Positions 15,131 through 22,788 of a DNA stretch of 36,358 nt are shown here, piece after piece. The stretch is from positions 85,352 through 121,709 of the forward strand of contig JAIXVU010000002.1 in assembly GCA_027482685.1 (NCBI GenBank), given 5' to 3'. This stretch comes from a bacterium. Lineage in GTDB: Bacteria > Patescibacteriota > Minisyncoccia > Phycocordibacterales > UBA5272. Under the pieces are notes generated by a model. It had not been told where the DNA came from. It searched no databases and saw only the letters and a program-made list of their open reading frames with translations. Numbering within the stretch: the first letter of the stretch is position 1; each line of letters begins with the position of its first letter. Both the position numbers and the translations under genes were made by a program.

Positions 15131-18100
15131 ATGGCTATTCTACAAATTATCAAGAAGAGAAACGGAGATGTTGTTGCCTTCGAAGCAGACAAGATAGAGA
15201 CTGCTATCAAGAAAGCATTTGTTAGTGTTACGCGGGATGAAAAAGCTGCCGTTGCAAAACATATCACCGAACTTGTTGCTAAAGAACTTGAACTAGAAGC
15301 CATCACTCGTGAAGGGTACGTTCCAACTGTTGAGCATACTCAAGATCTTGTAGAGAAGCACATTATGGGTGCGGGTTTTTTCGACGTCGCAAAAGCATAC
15401 ATTATTTATCGTTATGAGCGCAGTAAGGAGCGTGAGGAGGAGAAGATGGAAACGCTTGAGAAAGTCGAGGAAGGGGGGCTCTATATAACAAAGAAAAACG
15501 GTAAACGAGAGAAGTTCAACGCTGATAAACTACGTGCTTGCGTTAACCATGTTATTCATGGTTACGAGAAAGACATTAATGTCGAGCAGATAGTTAATCA
15601 GGTGAAGCTCGAAGTCTTCGAGGGTATCAGCACCAAAGATATCAGTAAAGCAGTTATCATGACAGTTCGCTCTATGATAGAGCAAGATCCCGCGTACTCA
15701 TATGTTGCATCTCGTCTTGTTCTTGCGCAAATTAACGAAGAGCTTCTAGGTGATGCGCTTGATTACAATAAGATAGAAGAGCAGTATAAAGATGCTTTTG
15801 CTGCTGGTATCACCAAAGGTGTAGCGCTTGGTCTTCTTGATAGTCGTATGGCTCACTTTGATCTTAAGCGTCTTGCGCAAGCTATTGTCCGTACTCGTGA
15901 CGAGCTCTTCATGTATCTTGGGTCTCAGACATTACACGAACGCTACCTCGTGCGTGATGTAGAAGGAAGTGGAAAAATAATTGAACACATCCAAGGGTTC
16001 TGGATGCGTGTTGCCATGGGAGTAGCTCTTGCAGAAAAAGAGCTTGATCGTACTACTCGTGCGATAGAGTTCTACGAAGCTATGTCAACACTTCGTTTCG
16101 TTCCATCATCGCCTACACTTTTCCACGCGGGGACCAAGCACCCACAACTATCAAGTTGCTACCTAAACACTGTAGGGGATTCGCTTGAGAGTATCTTTAA
16201 AGTTTACTCAGATAATGCACAACTTTCTAAGTGGGCAGGAGGAATCGGCACTAACTGGACAAATGTTCGTGGGTCAGGATCACTTGTAAAAAAATCTGGT
16301 ATAAAGTCAAACGGGATTATTCCATTTCTTAAAATCGCAAATGACGTAACAGTAGCAATTAACCGTTCAGGTCGTCGTCGCGGTGCAACATGTGCATACC
16401 TTGAGAACTGGCACTATGATGTCGAAGAGTTCCTAGAACTTCGTAAGAACACTGGAGATGATCGTCGTCGTACTCATGACATGGATACAGCGCTCTGGAT
16501 ATCAGATCTTTTCATGAAGCGGGCACAAGAGGATGGTGATTGGACACTCTTCTCACCAGATGAAGTTCCAGAACTTTCCGAGACATTCGGGTCTACATTT
16601 GAAAGTCACTACACACGGTATGAGGCACTTGCTCGTGACGGTAAGATGAAAGTGTATAAGCAGATGAAAGCTCGAGAACTCTGGCGTAAGATGGTTACTA
16701 TGCTCTACGAAACAGGGCATCCATGGATAACATGGAAGGATCCTTCAAACGTTCGTTCACCACAGGATCACGTAGGAGTAGTACACAACTCTAACCTCTG
16801 CACAGAGATTACCCTTAACAACTCACTCGATGAGACTGCGGTATGTAATCTTGGTTCTCTTAACTTCCAGCGTCTTATGAATGCAGGCAAGTTCGATGTT
16901 GATCTCGTTGCTAGTACTACTCGTACAGCTATTCGTATGCTTGATAATGTTATCGATGTAAACTTCTACCCAACAGTAGAAGCAGAACGCAGTAACTTCC
17001 GCCATCGTCCGATAGGTTTGGGTCTCATGGGCTTCCATGATGCGCTATATATGATGAATATCAACTTCGACTCAGATGAGGCTGTACAGTTTGCTGATGA
17101 GTCTATGGAGCTTATTTCATACCATGCTATTTTGTCGTCCGCAGATCTTGCTCGTGAACGTGGGGCATATTCATCATTTAAGGGGAGTAAGTGGGACAGA
17201 GGTATCTTCCCAGTTGATACCATTTCACTTCTTGAGGCAGAGCGTGGTGGAGATATTGCTGTGAGTAAAGGCGGGCGTCTTGACTGGACACCGGTTCGTA
17301 ACGCGGTCAAGCAGTACGGTATGCGTAACAGTAACTGTATGGCGATGGCACCAACTGCAACCATCTCTAACATTGTAGGTTCAGTACCAACTATCGAGCC
17401 TATCTATAAGAACATTTATGTAAAGTCCAATATGAACGGTGAGTTCATCATTGTGAACCCATACTTAGTATCAGACTTGAAAGCTCTTGGTCTTTGGGAT
17501 TTTGAGATGATTGGAGCACTTAAGTATAACGATGGTTCTGTTCGTGATATTCCACAAGTTCCAGCACACTTGAAGGATAAATATAAAGAAGTGTTCCAGA
17601 TAGATCCATCATGGCTTATCAAGTCCGCTGCTCATCGTGGTAAGTGGGTAGATCAGTCACAGTCACTTAACATTTACTTTGCGGGTTCATCAGGTCGTGA
17701 GCTTGCTGGAATTTATGAGTATGCATGGTCACTTGGACTCAAGACTACGTACTACCTACGCTCACTCGGAGCATCCCAAGTAGAGAAGAGTACAGTGAAT
17801 GCTTCAGAGTTCGGATCAACACATAAGCGTAGTGCTGGAGATCAGTCAACAGCAGGTGTGGTGTCGCAGGCAGCGGTTCCTAGTGGAATGATGGCATCAT
17901 CAGTACTTGCTCAAGCCGAAACCTCTTCAATTACAACAGCTCCTGCAGGGCAAGTTCTCATTACAGAGGCTAACCCTCTCCCTATTAAAAGTCCAATGCA
18001 GGCAATGCTCACCGAAATTCCTAAAGAACAAGTCCTAGTCCCAGCTACCGAGACACAATCACAAGCACCAACCACACAAATACATGGAGAGCAGACTACT

Positions 18101-18160
18101 CCTAAGAAAAAATACAATATTACTACTATGCCAGAAGCTACCTGTGATGGATGTCAGTAA
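15131..18160 (+). CDS. nrdA: Class I ribonucleotide reductase, alpha subunit, with N-terminal ATP-cone and long low-complexity C-terminal tail
   Basis: The 1009-aa product has an ATP-cone (IIKKRNGDVVAFEADKIETAI), the active-site segments LSSCYL and SNLCTEI, and a terminal CDGC pair. Confidence 0.93.
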   Translation: MAILQIIKKRNGDVVAFEADKIETAIKKAFVSVTRDEKAAVAKHITELVAKELELEAITREGYVPTVEHTQDLVEKHIMGAGFFDVAKAYIIYRYERSKEREEEKMETLEKVEEGGLYITKKNGKREKFNADKLRACVNHVIHGYEKDINVEQIVNQVKLEVFEGISTKDISKAVIMTVRSMIEQDPAYSYVASRLVLAQINEELLGDALDYNKIEEQYKDAFAAGITKGVALGLLDSRMAHFDLKRLAQAIVRTRDELFMYLGSQTLHERYLVRDVEGSGKIIEHIQGFWMRVAMGVALAEKELDRTTRAIEFYEAMSTLRFVPSSPTLFHAGTKHPQLSSCYLNTVGDSLESIFKVYSDNAQLSKWAGGIGTNWTNVRGSGSLVKKSGIKSNGIIPFLKIANDVTVAINRSGRRRGATCAYLENWHYDVEEFLELRKNTGDDRRRTHDMDTALWISDLFMKRAQEDGDWTLFSPDEVPELSETFGSTFESHYTRYEALARDGKMKVYKQMKARELWRKMVTMLYETGHPWITWKDPSNVRSPQDHVGVVHNSNLCTEITLNNSLDETAVCNLGSLNFQRLMNAGKFDVDLVASTTRTAIRMLDNVIDVNFYPTVEAERSNFRHRPIGLGLMGFHDALYMMNINFDSDEAVQFADESMELISYHAILSSADLARERGAYSSFKGSKWDRGIFPVDTISLLEAERGGDIAVSKGGRLDWTPVRNAVKQYGMRNSNCMAMAPTATISNIVGSVPTIEPIYKNIYVKSNMNGEFIIVNPYLVSDLKALGLWDFEMIGALKYNDGSVRDIPQVPAHLKDKYKEVFQIDPSWLIKSAAHRGKWVDQSQSLNIYFAGSSGRELAGIYEYAWSLGLKTTYYLRSLGASQVEKSTVNASEFGSTHKRSAGDQSTAGVVSQAAVPSGMMASSVLAQAETSSITTAPAGQVLITEANPLPIKSPMQAMLTEIPKEQVLVPATETQSQAPTTQIHGEQTTPKKKYNITTMPEATCDGCQ

Positions 18161-18259
18161 CATGCTGTTATCCTCAATATCATTGCACACAGGACTACGA
18201 TAAACGACAAAAAAGTATTACACTACTAACTATCAACTATTAACTAGTAAAATAATCTC

Positions 18260-19369
18260 ATGCCCCCATTAACATCACAATCAAATACAACCATCAATGG
18301 AGTGGTACCGCCTATAGTACCAGCTACACCTAAGCCTATTATCGATCGAACAGCCGGACGAGTGGACGTCAACAAACGCAAGATCATTAACGGTGAAGGA
18401 GCAGACGTGGTCCAGCTCTGGCCTATCAAGCATAAGTTCGCATGGGAGGCCTACAATGTAGGTAATGCTAACCACTGGCTACCAACAGAGATCAGTATGC
18501 AGTCAGACATCGAACAGTGGCGTGCGCAGAATGTTCTAACAGATGATGAGCGTCATGCATTCCGTATGGTGCTAGGCTTCTTCACCACAGCTGATTCTAT
18601 TGCTGCGAACAACCTCGTACTCGCATTCTACAAGCACATCACCTCTCCTGAGGCACGTCTCTTCCTCCTTCGTCAGGCGTACGAAGAAGCAGTGCATACG
18701 CAAGCTTACCAGTACATCGTAGAGTCTCTTGGGCTTGATGGCACAGAGATATTCAACATGTATCGTGAGGTGGATGCAATTTACAATAAAGAAGAATTCA
18801 TCCTCTCTTTCAATCAAGGAATATTCGACCCTAACTTCAAGACTGGTACATTTGAGTCTGATCAGAAGTTCCTCGAGAACATGTGCGTGTTCTCTCTTAT
18901 CCTTGAAGGTATTTTCTTCTACTCATCATTCGCGGTAATCTTCGGATTCCAGCGTCAGAAGAAGCTAGTGGGTTCTGCTGAGCAGATCCAGTACATCATG
19001 CGTGACGAGTCTACTCATATGAACTTCGGTATTGATATGATTAACACCATCAAGCAAGAGCAGCCAGAACTCTGGACTCCTCAGTTTGTTGAGCGTATCA
19101 CCAACTTGATACGAAAGGCAGTACAGCTCGAGTATCAATTTGCAGTTGATGTATTTCCAAAGGGGATATTTGGACTAAATGCTGACGGCTTCAAGCAGTA
19201 TATCGAGCATATCGCAGATCGTCGTCTTGCTCGTGTTGGTATCGACCCAGTGTACGGAAGTTCTAACCCATTCCCATGGATGAGTGAGGCGGTAGATTTG
19301 AACAAGGAGAAGAATTTTTTCGAAACTCGGGTTACTGAATACAAAACCGGAGGCACCCTTTCCTGGTAG
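18260..19369 (+). CDS. nrdB: Class I ribonucleotide reductase, beta subunit
   Basis: The 369-aa product has the metal and radical motifs TTADSIAANN, EEAVHTQAYQY (ExxHxxxY) and RDESTHMNF (ExxH). Confidence 0.93.
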   Translation: MPPLTSQSNTTINGVVPPIVPATPKPIIDRTAGRVDVNKRKIINGEGADVVQLWPIKHKFAWEAYNVGNANHWLPTEISMQSDIEQWRAQNVLTDDERHAFRMVLGFFTTADSIAANNLVLAFYKHITSPEARLFLLRQAYEEAVHTQAYQYIVESLGLDGTEIFNMYREVDAIYNKEEFILSFNQGIFDPNFKTGTFESDQKFLENMCVFSLILEGIFFYSSFAVIFGFQRQKKLVGSAEQIQYIMRDESTHMNFGIDMINTIKQEQPELWTPQFVERITNLIRKAVQLEYQFAVDVFPKGIFGLNADGFKQYIEHIADRRLARVGIDPVYGSSNPFPWMSEAVDLNKEKNFFETRVTEYKTGGTLSW

Positions 19370-19495
19370 TTATTTCGTCAGAAATCACTTCATCTACTTC
19401 GTTGTGAAGCCTCGTTTGCTCGTCAACGTAGTAGTACCTACGTCTCCTCGCAAACACTCCACGCCTCGTATCTAAAGCAATTTCTGGCGAAATAA
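19370..19495 (+). repeat. 126-nt inverted-repeat-bounded structured element immediately after the nrdB stop
   Basis: The arms ttatttcgtcagaaat (19370-85) and atttctggcgaaataa (19480-95) form 16 pairs, including one T-G that is a valid U-G only on the plus strand. The interior holds gtttgc/gcaaac enclosing acgtag/ctacgt, plus cttca/tgaag. Confidence 0.4.
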
Positions 19496-19521
19496 TTCGT
19501 AAGTAATTTAGCGTGTTGTTT

Positions 19522-20238
19522 ATGAACAAATATTTTATTACAGGAAAAGTTGTACCAGAAAGAGTAAATTTCTCTCTATCTAAAATTAGTATTGATGTAA
19601 TATATGAATCATCTACCGGCAAAGTGCCTGTGAAGGTTTCGCTTTCAATTCAGATGTCTCAAGTTTTTATGACCATAGAGTCGAGTGAAAAAATAACTGA
19701 TTTTTTCACTTTAAAAAACCAACTACAAACCACGTTAGACTTATCATTAGATATTTATGGTTATCTCTATGGGGTAGGTTATGGCTCAGAAATTACTTCG
19801 CTTATTAGTGAAGACCATCAAGTATATATTATTTACGGTGTAGATATTCCTTCTTTAGAAAATAATAAAGATAGACCTCTTACATATGATCAAATAATTA
19901 ATTTATTTAATGTTTATAATATTCACCAAAACCAGCTTAGACTTGCATTATTAAATTTTAAGCTTGGAATACGATATTCTGCCGATACAGGATTTTACTG
20001 TTATCGTGCCGTTGAAGCAATTAGAAAAATATTTGGAGAAGGCTCATCTGGATGGGAAATAATGCATAGCAATCTAGGTACTGATCGTTTGTGGCTGATC
20101 AAACTAAAAAAAATGCATGCAGATGAACAAAGGCACGGCGGGTCTACTTTTATGTCAGGTGAAGCTCGTACGGAGATGCTTGCAAATGTACAGCAAATAA
20201 TTGATAAAGCGCTGGTATATTTGCAAAATAAAAAGTAA
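19522..20238 (+). CDS. Hypothetical protein (238 aa), strongly AT-rich gene
   Basis: The ORF is 19513..20238 with ATG at 19522. The N-terminal half is beta-rich and the C-terminal half helical (YCYRAVEAIRKIF, ADEQRHGGSTF). I recognise no family. Confidence 0.6.
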   Translation: MNKYFITGKVVPERVNFSLSKISIDVIYESSTGKVPVKVSLSIQMSQVFMTIESSEKITDFFTLKNQLQTTLDLSLDIYGYLYGVGYGSEITSLISEDHQVYIIYGVDIPSLENNKDRPLTYDQIINLFNVYNIHQNQLRLALLNFKLGIRYSADTGFYCYRAVEAIRKIFGEGSSGWEIMHSNLGTDRLWLIKLKKMHADEQRHGGSTFMSGEARTEMLANVQQIIDKALVYLQNKK

Positions 20239-20408
20239 ATACTTATGTTAACAGTTAGAGTTGTTTTGGGTAATGTTATCTTATTATTAAGAGCTATATT
20301 ATGCTGGGAGACGTATAATGGTTATTTAATAAATAGCTAGCCTTGAATACGTTATTCGATATGTTAATTCCCCTTAATGGAATGAGTGGTAGGTTGAATT
20401 TTGGTAAA

Positions 20409-20417
20409 TGGTATAAT
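20409..20417 (+). promoter_or_regulatory. Extended -10 promoter TGgTATAAT for the downstream small gene
   Basis: The sequence reads aaaTGgTATAATtgg within a 230-nt AT-rich spacer. A 53-nt leader carries gagaaaggg 5 nt before ATG 20471. Confidence 0.45.
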
Positions 20418-20470
20418 TGGTGGTAGGGTTTCAGTAGTTATTTTGTTTTCAATAACGAGAAAGGGTGCGT

Positions 20471-20830
20471 ATGAAAAGAGGTATAAGGCATGACATTGAA
20501 TTGTCTGAGAGTGAGATGCTCTTTGTCCATCGGTTGCTGATTGCTATCGAGCATGCGCCTGAGAGTCAGCTCACTGCTGAGATGATACTGAGCGCGTATA
20601 GACGACTCTACCCAATGAGCGCGCCGAGGCGGGTGTTGCGGTACATCATACCGAGAGCGACACGGTTTACAGAAGAAAATCTCGTAGAGGTGCTCATGTA
20701 CCTTGTCGAGAGACGTCTTCTGAGGCGAGACGTCACGAGATACATAAGAGGTCCGCTTGATGTCGATACTCCGGTGTATTCTCTAACAGCAAGTGGTCGC
20801 CAGTTCCTTCATGATACCAAGTCTAGATGA
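20471..20830 (+). CDS. Hypothetical small protein (119 aa) with winged-helix-like C-terminal half, GC-rich gene
   Basis: The ORF is 20465..20830 with ATG 20471 behind an SD. The segment ..EENLVEVLMYLVERRLLRRDVTRYIRG..VYSLTASGRQFL.. resembles a wHTH recognition helix plus wing. Line 20581-20640 has 36/60 G+C. Confidence 0.55.
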   Translation: MKRGIRHDIELSESEMLFVHRLLIAIEHAPESQLTAEMILSAYRRLYPMSAPRRVLRYIIPRATRFTEENLVEVLMYLVERRLLRRDVTRYIRGPLDVDTPVYSLTASGRQFLHDTKSR

Positions 20831-20831
20831 T

Positions 20832-20872
20832 GTACCTGTTTTCGGTAACGACGGCAGGTACTTTTCTTTTTT
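20832..20872 (+). terminator. Intrinsic terminator
   Basis: The stem pairs gtacctg (20832-38) with caggtac (20855-61) and is followed by ttttctttttt. Confidence 0.6.
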
Positions 20873-20894
20873 GTAGAGAGATATCTACTTGAGG

Positions 20895-20900
20895 TATACT
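20895..20900 (+). promoter_or_regulatory. -10 box (TATACT) 8 nt upstream of the FKBP gene ATG
   Basis: The sequence reads gagGTATACTatagttctATG. Confidence 0.4.
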
Positions 20901-20908
20901 ATAGTTCT

Positions 20909-21409
20909 ATGAAGCAAAAGAATTTAATTATTGGTGGGGTGTGGGTAGCGGTGCTTGTTGGTGTGGTTTTCTTCATGACTCAAGAGACTAAGGATATGGG
21001 GATGGATACCAGCAAGACCACAAACACTACAACAGCTACAACAAACACAACTAAGAGTATAACTATGGATACAACAATAACAGAATTAAAAATCGAGGAT
21101 CAGGTGGTGGGTACAGGGGATGAGGCAAAGGCAGGGAATACAGTAACAGTACATTATATCGGCACTCTTACTAACGGTACAGTATTTGATGCATCACGTA
21201 ACCGTGGGAATGATGGCTTCACATTCGCGCTCGGTGCTGGACAGGTTATCAGAGGATGGGATATGGGTGTTGCAGGGATGAAAGTCGGAGGAAAAAGAAA
21301 ACTAACCATTCCAGCATCTCTTGCATACGGTGAACGTGCAGTAGGTGGTGTCATCCCCGCAAACTCTACGCTTATATTTGAAGTAGAGCTTCTCAAAGTA
21401 ACTAGATAG
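20909..21409 (+). CDS. FKBP-type peptidyl-prolyl cis-trans isomerase with N-terminal membrane anchor and Thr-rich linker
   Basis: The 166-aa product has the FKBP core ([70 protein letters not shown]). Confidence 0.9.
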   Translation: MKQKNLIIGGVWVAVLVGVVFFMTQETKDMGMDTSKTTNTTTATTNTTKSITMDTTITELKIEDQVVGTGDEAKAGNTVTVHYIGTLTNGTVFDASRNRGNDGFTFALGAGQVIRGWDMGVAGMKVGGKRKLTIPASLAYGERAVGGVIPANSTLIFEVELLKVTR

Positions 21410-21430
21410 TTTAGAAAAAGTAAATTATGT

Positions 21431-21648
21431 AAAAAGAAAAAACGAGATGAAGTAGTCCTCATCTCGTTTTCAATGTTCGGATACCTTAACCTACGGTAGC
21501 CACGACTACACCCCGGATTCACAAGGTTATCCTAGATACAAAGCCAACGAATCAGCCACGTCTGCACAGGGATCTGTTCCTTTTGAGGAAGCGTGGGCGA
21601 CGTTTATGCGTTGCGTGGATTTGAATTTTTTAATGAACTCCCTGACTA
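21431..21648 (-). ncRNA. Candidate ~200-nt small RNA (family unknown)
   Basis: A GC-rich patch at 21475-21625 contains helix 21479-87/21523-32 (9 bp plus a bulge), stem ccacg/cgtgg (21556-60/21592-96) and hairpin ttcct-tttg-aggaa. A minus-strand TATACT box lies at 21660..21655 upstream, and the bidirectional terminator lies downstream. Confidence 0.3.
21442..21470. terminator. Bidirectional intrinsic terminator
   Basis: A 9-bp stem pairs acgagatga with tcatctcgt around an 8-nt loop. A TTTT run follows on the plus strand, and aaaaagaaaaaa precedes it, which is a T-run on the minus strand. Confidence 0.65.
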
Positions 21649-21712
21649 CTTCTTAGTATAGTATATATGCAAATAATCTTTTAGTCCTCTCGTTTCTAGT
21701 CACCACTCTTGT

Positions 21713-21718
21713 TATACT
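21713..21718 (+). promoter_or_regulatory. -10 box (TATACT) 6 nt upstream of the GH130 ATG
   Basis: The sequence reads gtTATACTttacatATG. Confidence 0.45.
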
Positions 21719-21724
21719 TTACAT

Positions 21725-22752
21725 ATGAAATTTAGATTAACCAGATATCCGAGTAATGAGAATCCTAGTCCGATACTTACGTCACGCACAGATATAGAGT
21801 GGGAGAGTGTAGCAGTATTTAATCCATCTGTTATCAAAGATGGTGACAAGTTCATTATGTTGTATCGCGCATATCCAAAAGGAACTATGGAAATGGAGCC
21901 CAGCTATTTCGTCCAGGAAACTATCTTGCTCACCAAGTGTCACACATTGGTTACGCAGAGAGTATCGATGGCATACATTTTGAAAGAAGGGACACACCGC
22001 TTATTGCTCCAACTGAATCATTTGATATGTTTGGTTGCGAGGATCCACGAGTTACGAAGATTGATGACACTTTTTACATCACGTATACCGCAATAGATGG
22101 ACAGTTAGGGAATAAAGAAAAGAAACCAAATGTAAGAATAGCTCTCGCAACTACAAGAGATTTTATTACCATCACTAAGCATGGAATTATCGGTCCAGAG
22201 ATACAGTCAAAAGCCGCTGCATTTTTCCCAGAACTCATTAACGGGAAGCTGGCTCTTGCAATGACTATCTCATCTGATAGCACGAAGTCACATATTGCTA
22301 TCAGATACTTTGATTCATTAGATGAAGTATTACAAAAGTCAGTTGAAGATTGGAAGAAGTTCTTAGCAACATCAGAAGAGATTGCAGTGCTTAAGACATA
22401 TGCATGGTTACATCGTGGTCCAGAACTAGGTGCTGTACCAATACTCACTGATAAAGGGTGGTTGCTTGTTTTCTCTGGGGAGTCGATGTCAGATACATGG
22501 ACAATAACCGCTGCGTTATTAGACAGAAATAATCCGAGTAAGTTAATTGCTCGTGCAACCGGATATCTTCTACAACCGGTTACGGATTATGAACGGAACG
22601 GACTAGTGCCACATGTAACCTTTCCAGAAGGGGCGGTTATAGTCGGCAATGAACTGTATGTGTACTACGGAGCAGCTGATACTGTGACAGGTTTAGCTAC
22701 TTGTAATCTAGAAGAATTACTTACATATTTAGAAAGTTGTAAAGATCTGTAG
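21725..22752 (+). pseudogene. GH130-family glycoside phosphorylase (beta-mannoside phosphorylase-like) interrupted by a -1 frameshift near 21872-21935
   Basis: ORF 21725..22096 carries the GH130 N-terminus (PILTSRTDIEWESVAVFNPSVIKDGDKFIMLYRAY). ORF 21937..22752, in the -1 frame, carries the rest (SHIGYAESIDGIHFERR.., FGCEDPRVTKIDDTFYITYTA.., YYGAADT). The second frame is open back to 21847. Confidence 0.8.
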
Positions 22753-22773
22753 CTACCAACTGTTACGTGCTCT

Positions 22774-22782
22774 TGCTATACT
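22774..22782 (+). promoter_or_regulatory. Extended -10 promoter TGcTATACT 6 nt upstream of the ddl-like ATG (leaderless)
   Basis: The sequence reads ctTGcTATACTataaacATG. Confidence 0.5.
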
Positions 22783-22788
22783 ATAAAC

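Noticed and set aside
19370-19495. The inverted-repeat element might be an integron attC site or a transposon end.
   Set aside because: There is no integrase or transposase gene in the window, and I recognise no RYYYAAC / GTTRRRY core pair at the arm ends. I kept it as a finding only as an unexplained structured element.
21611-21632. The string ggatttgaa / TTCAAATCC might be a tRNA T-loop.
   Set aside because: There is no complementary T-stem (A-run on one side), no acceptor stem and no anticodon arm in either orientation. I found no tRNA anywhere in the window.
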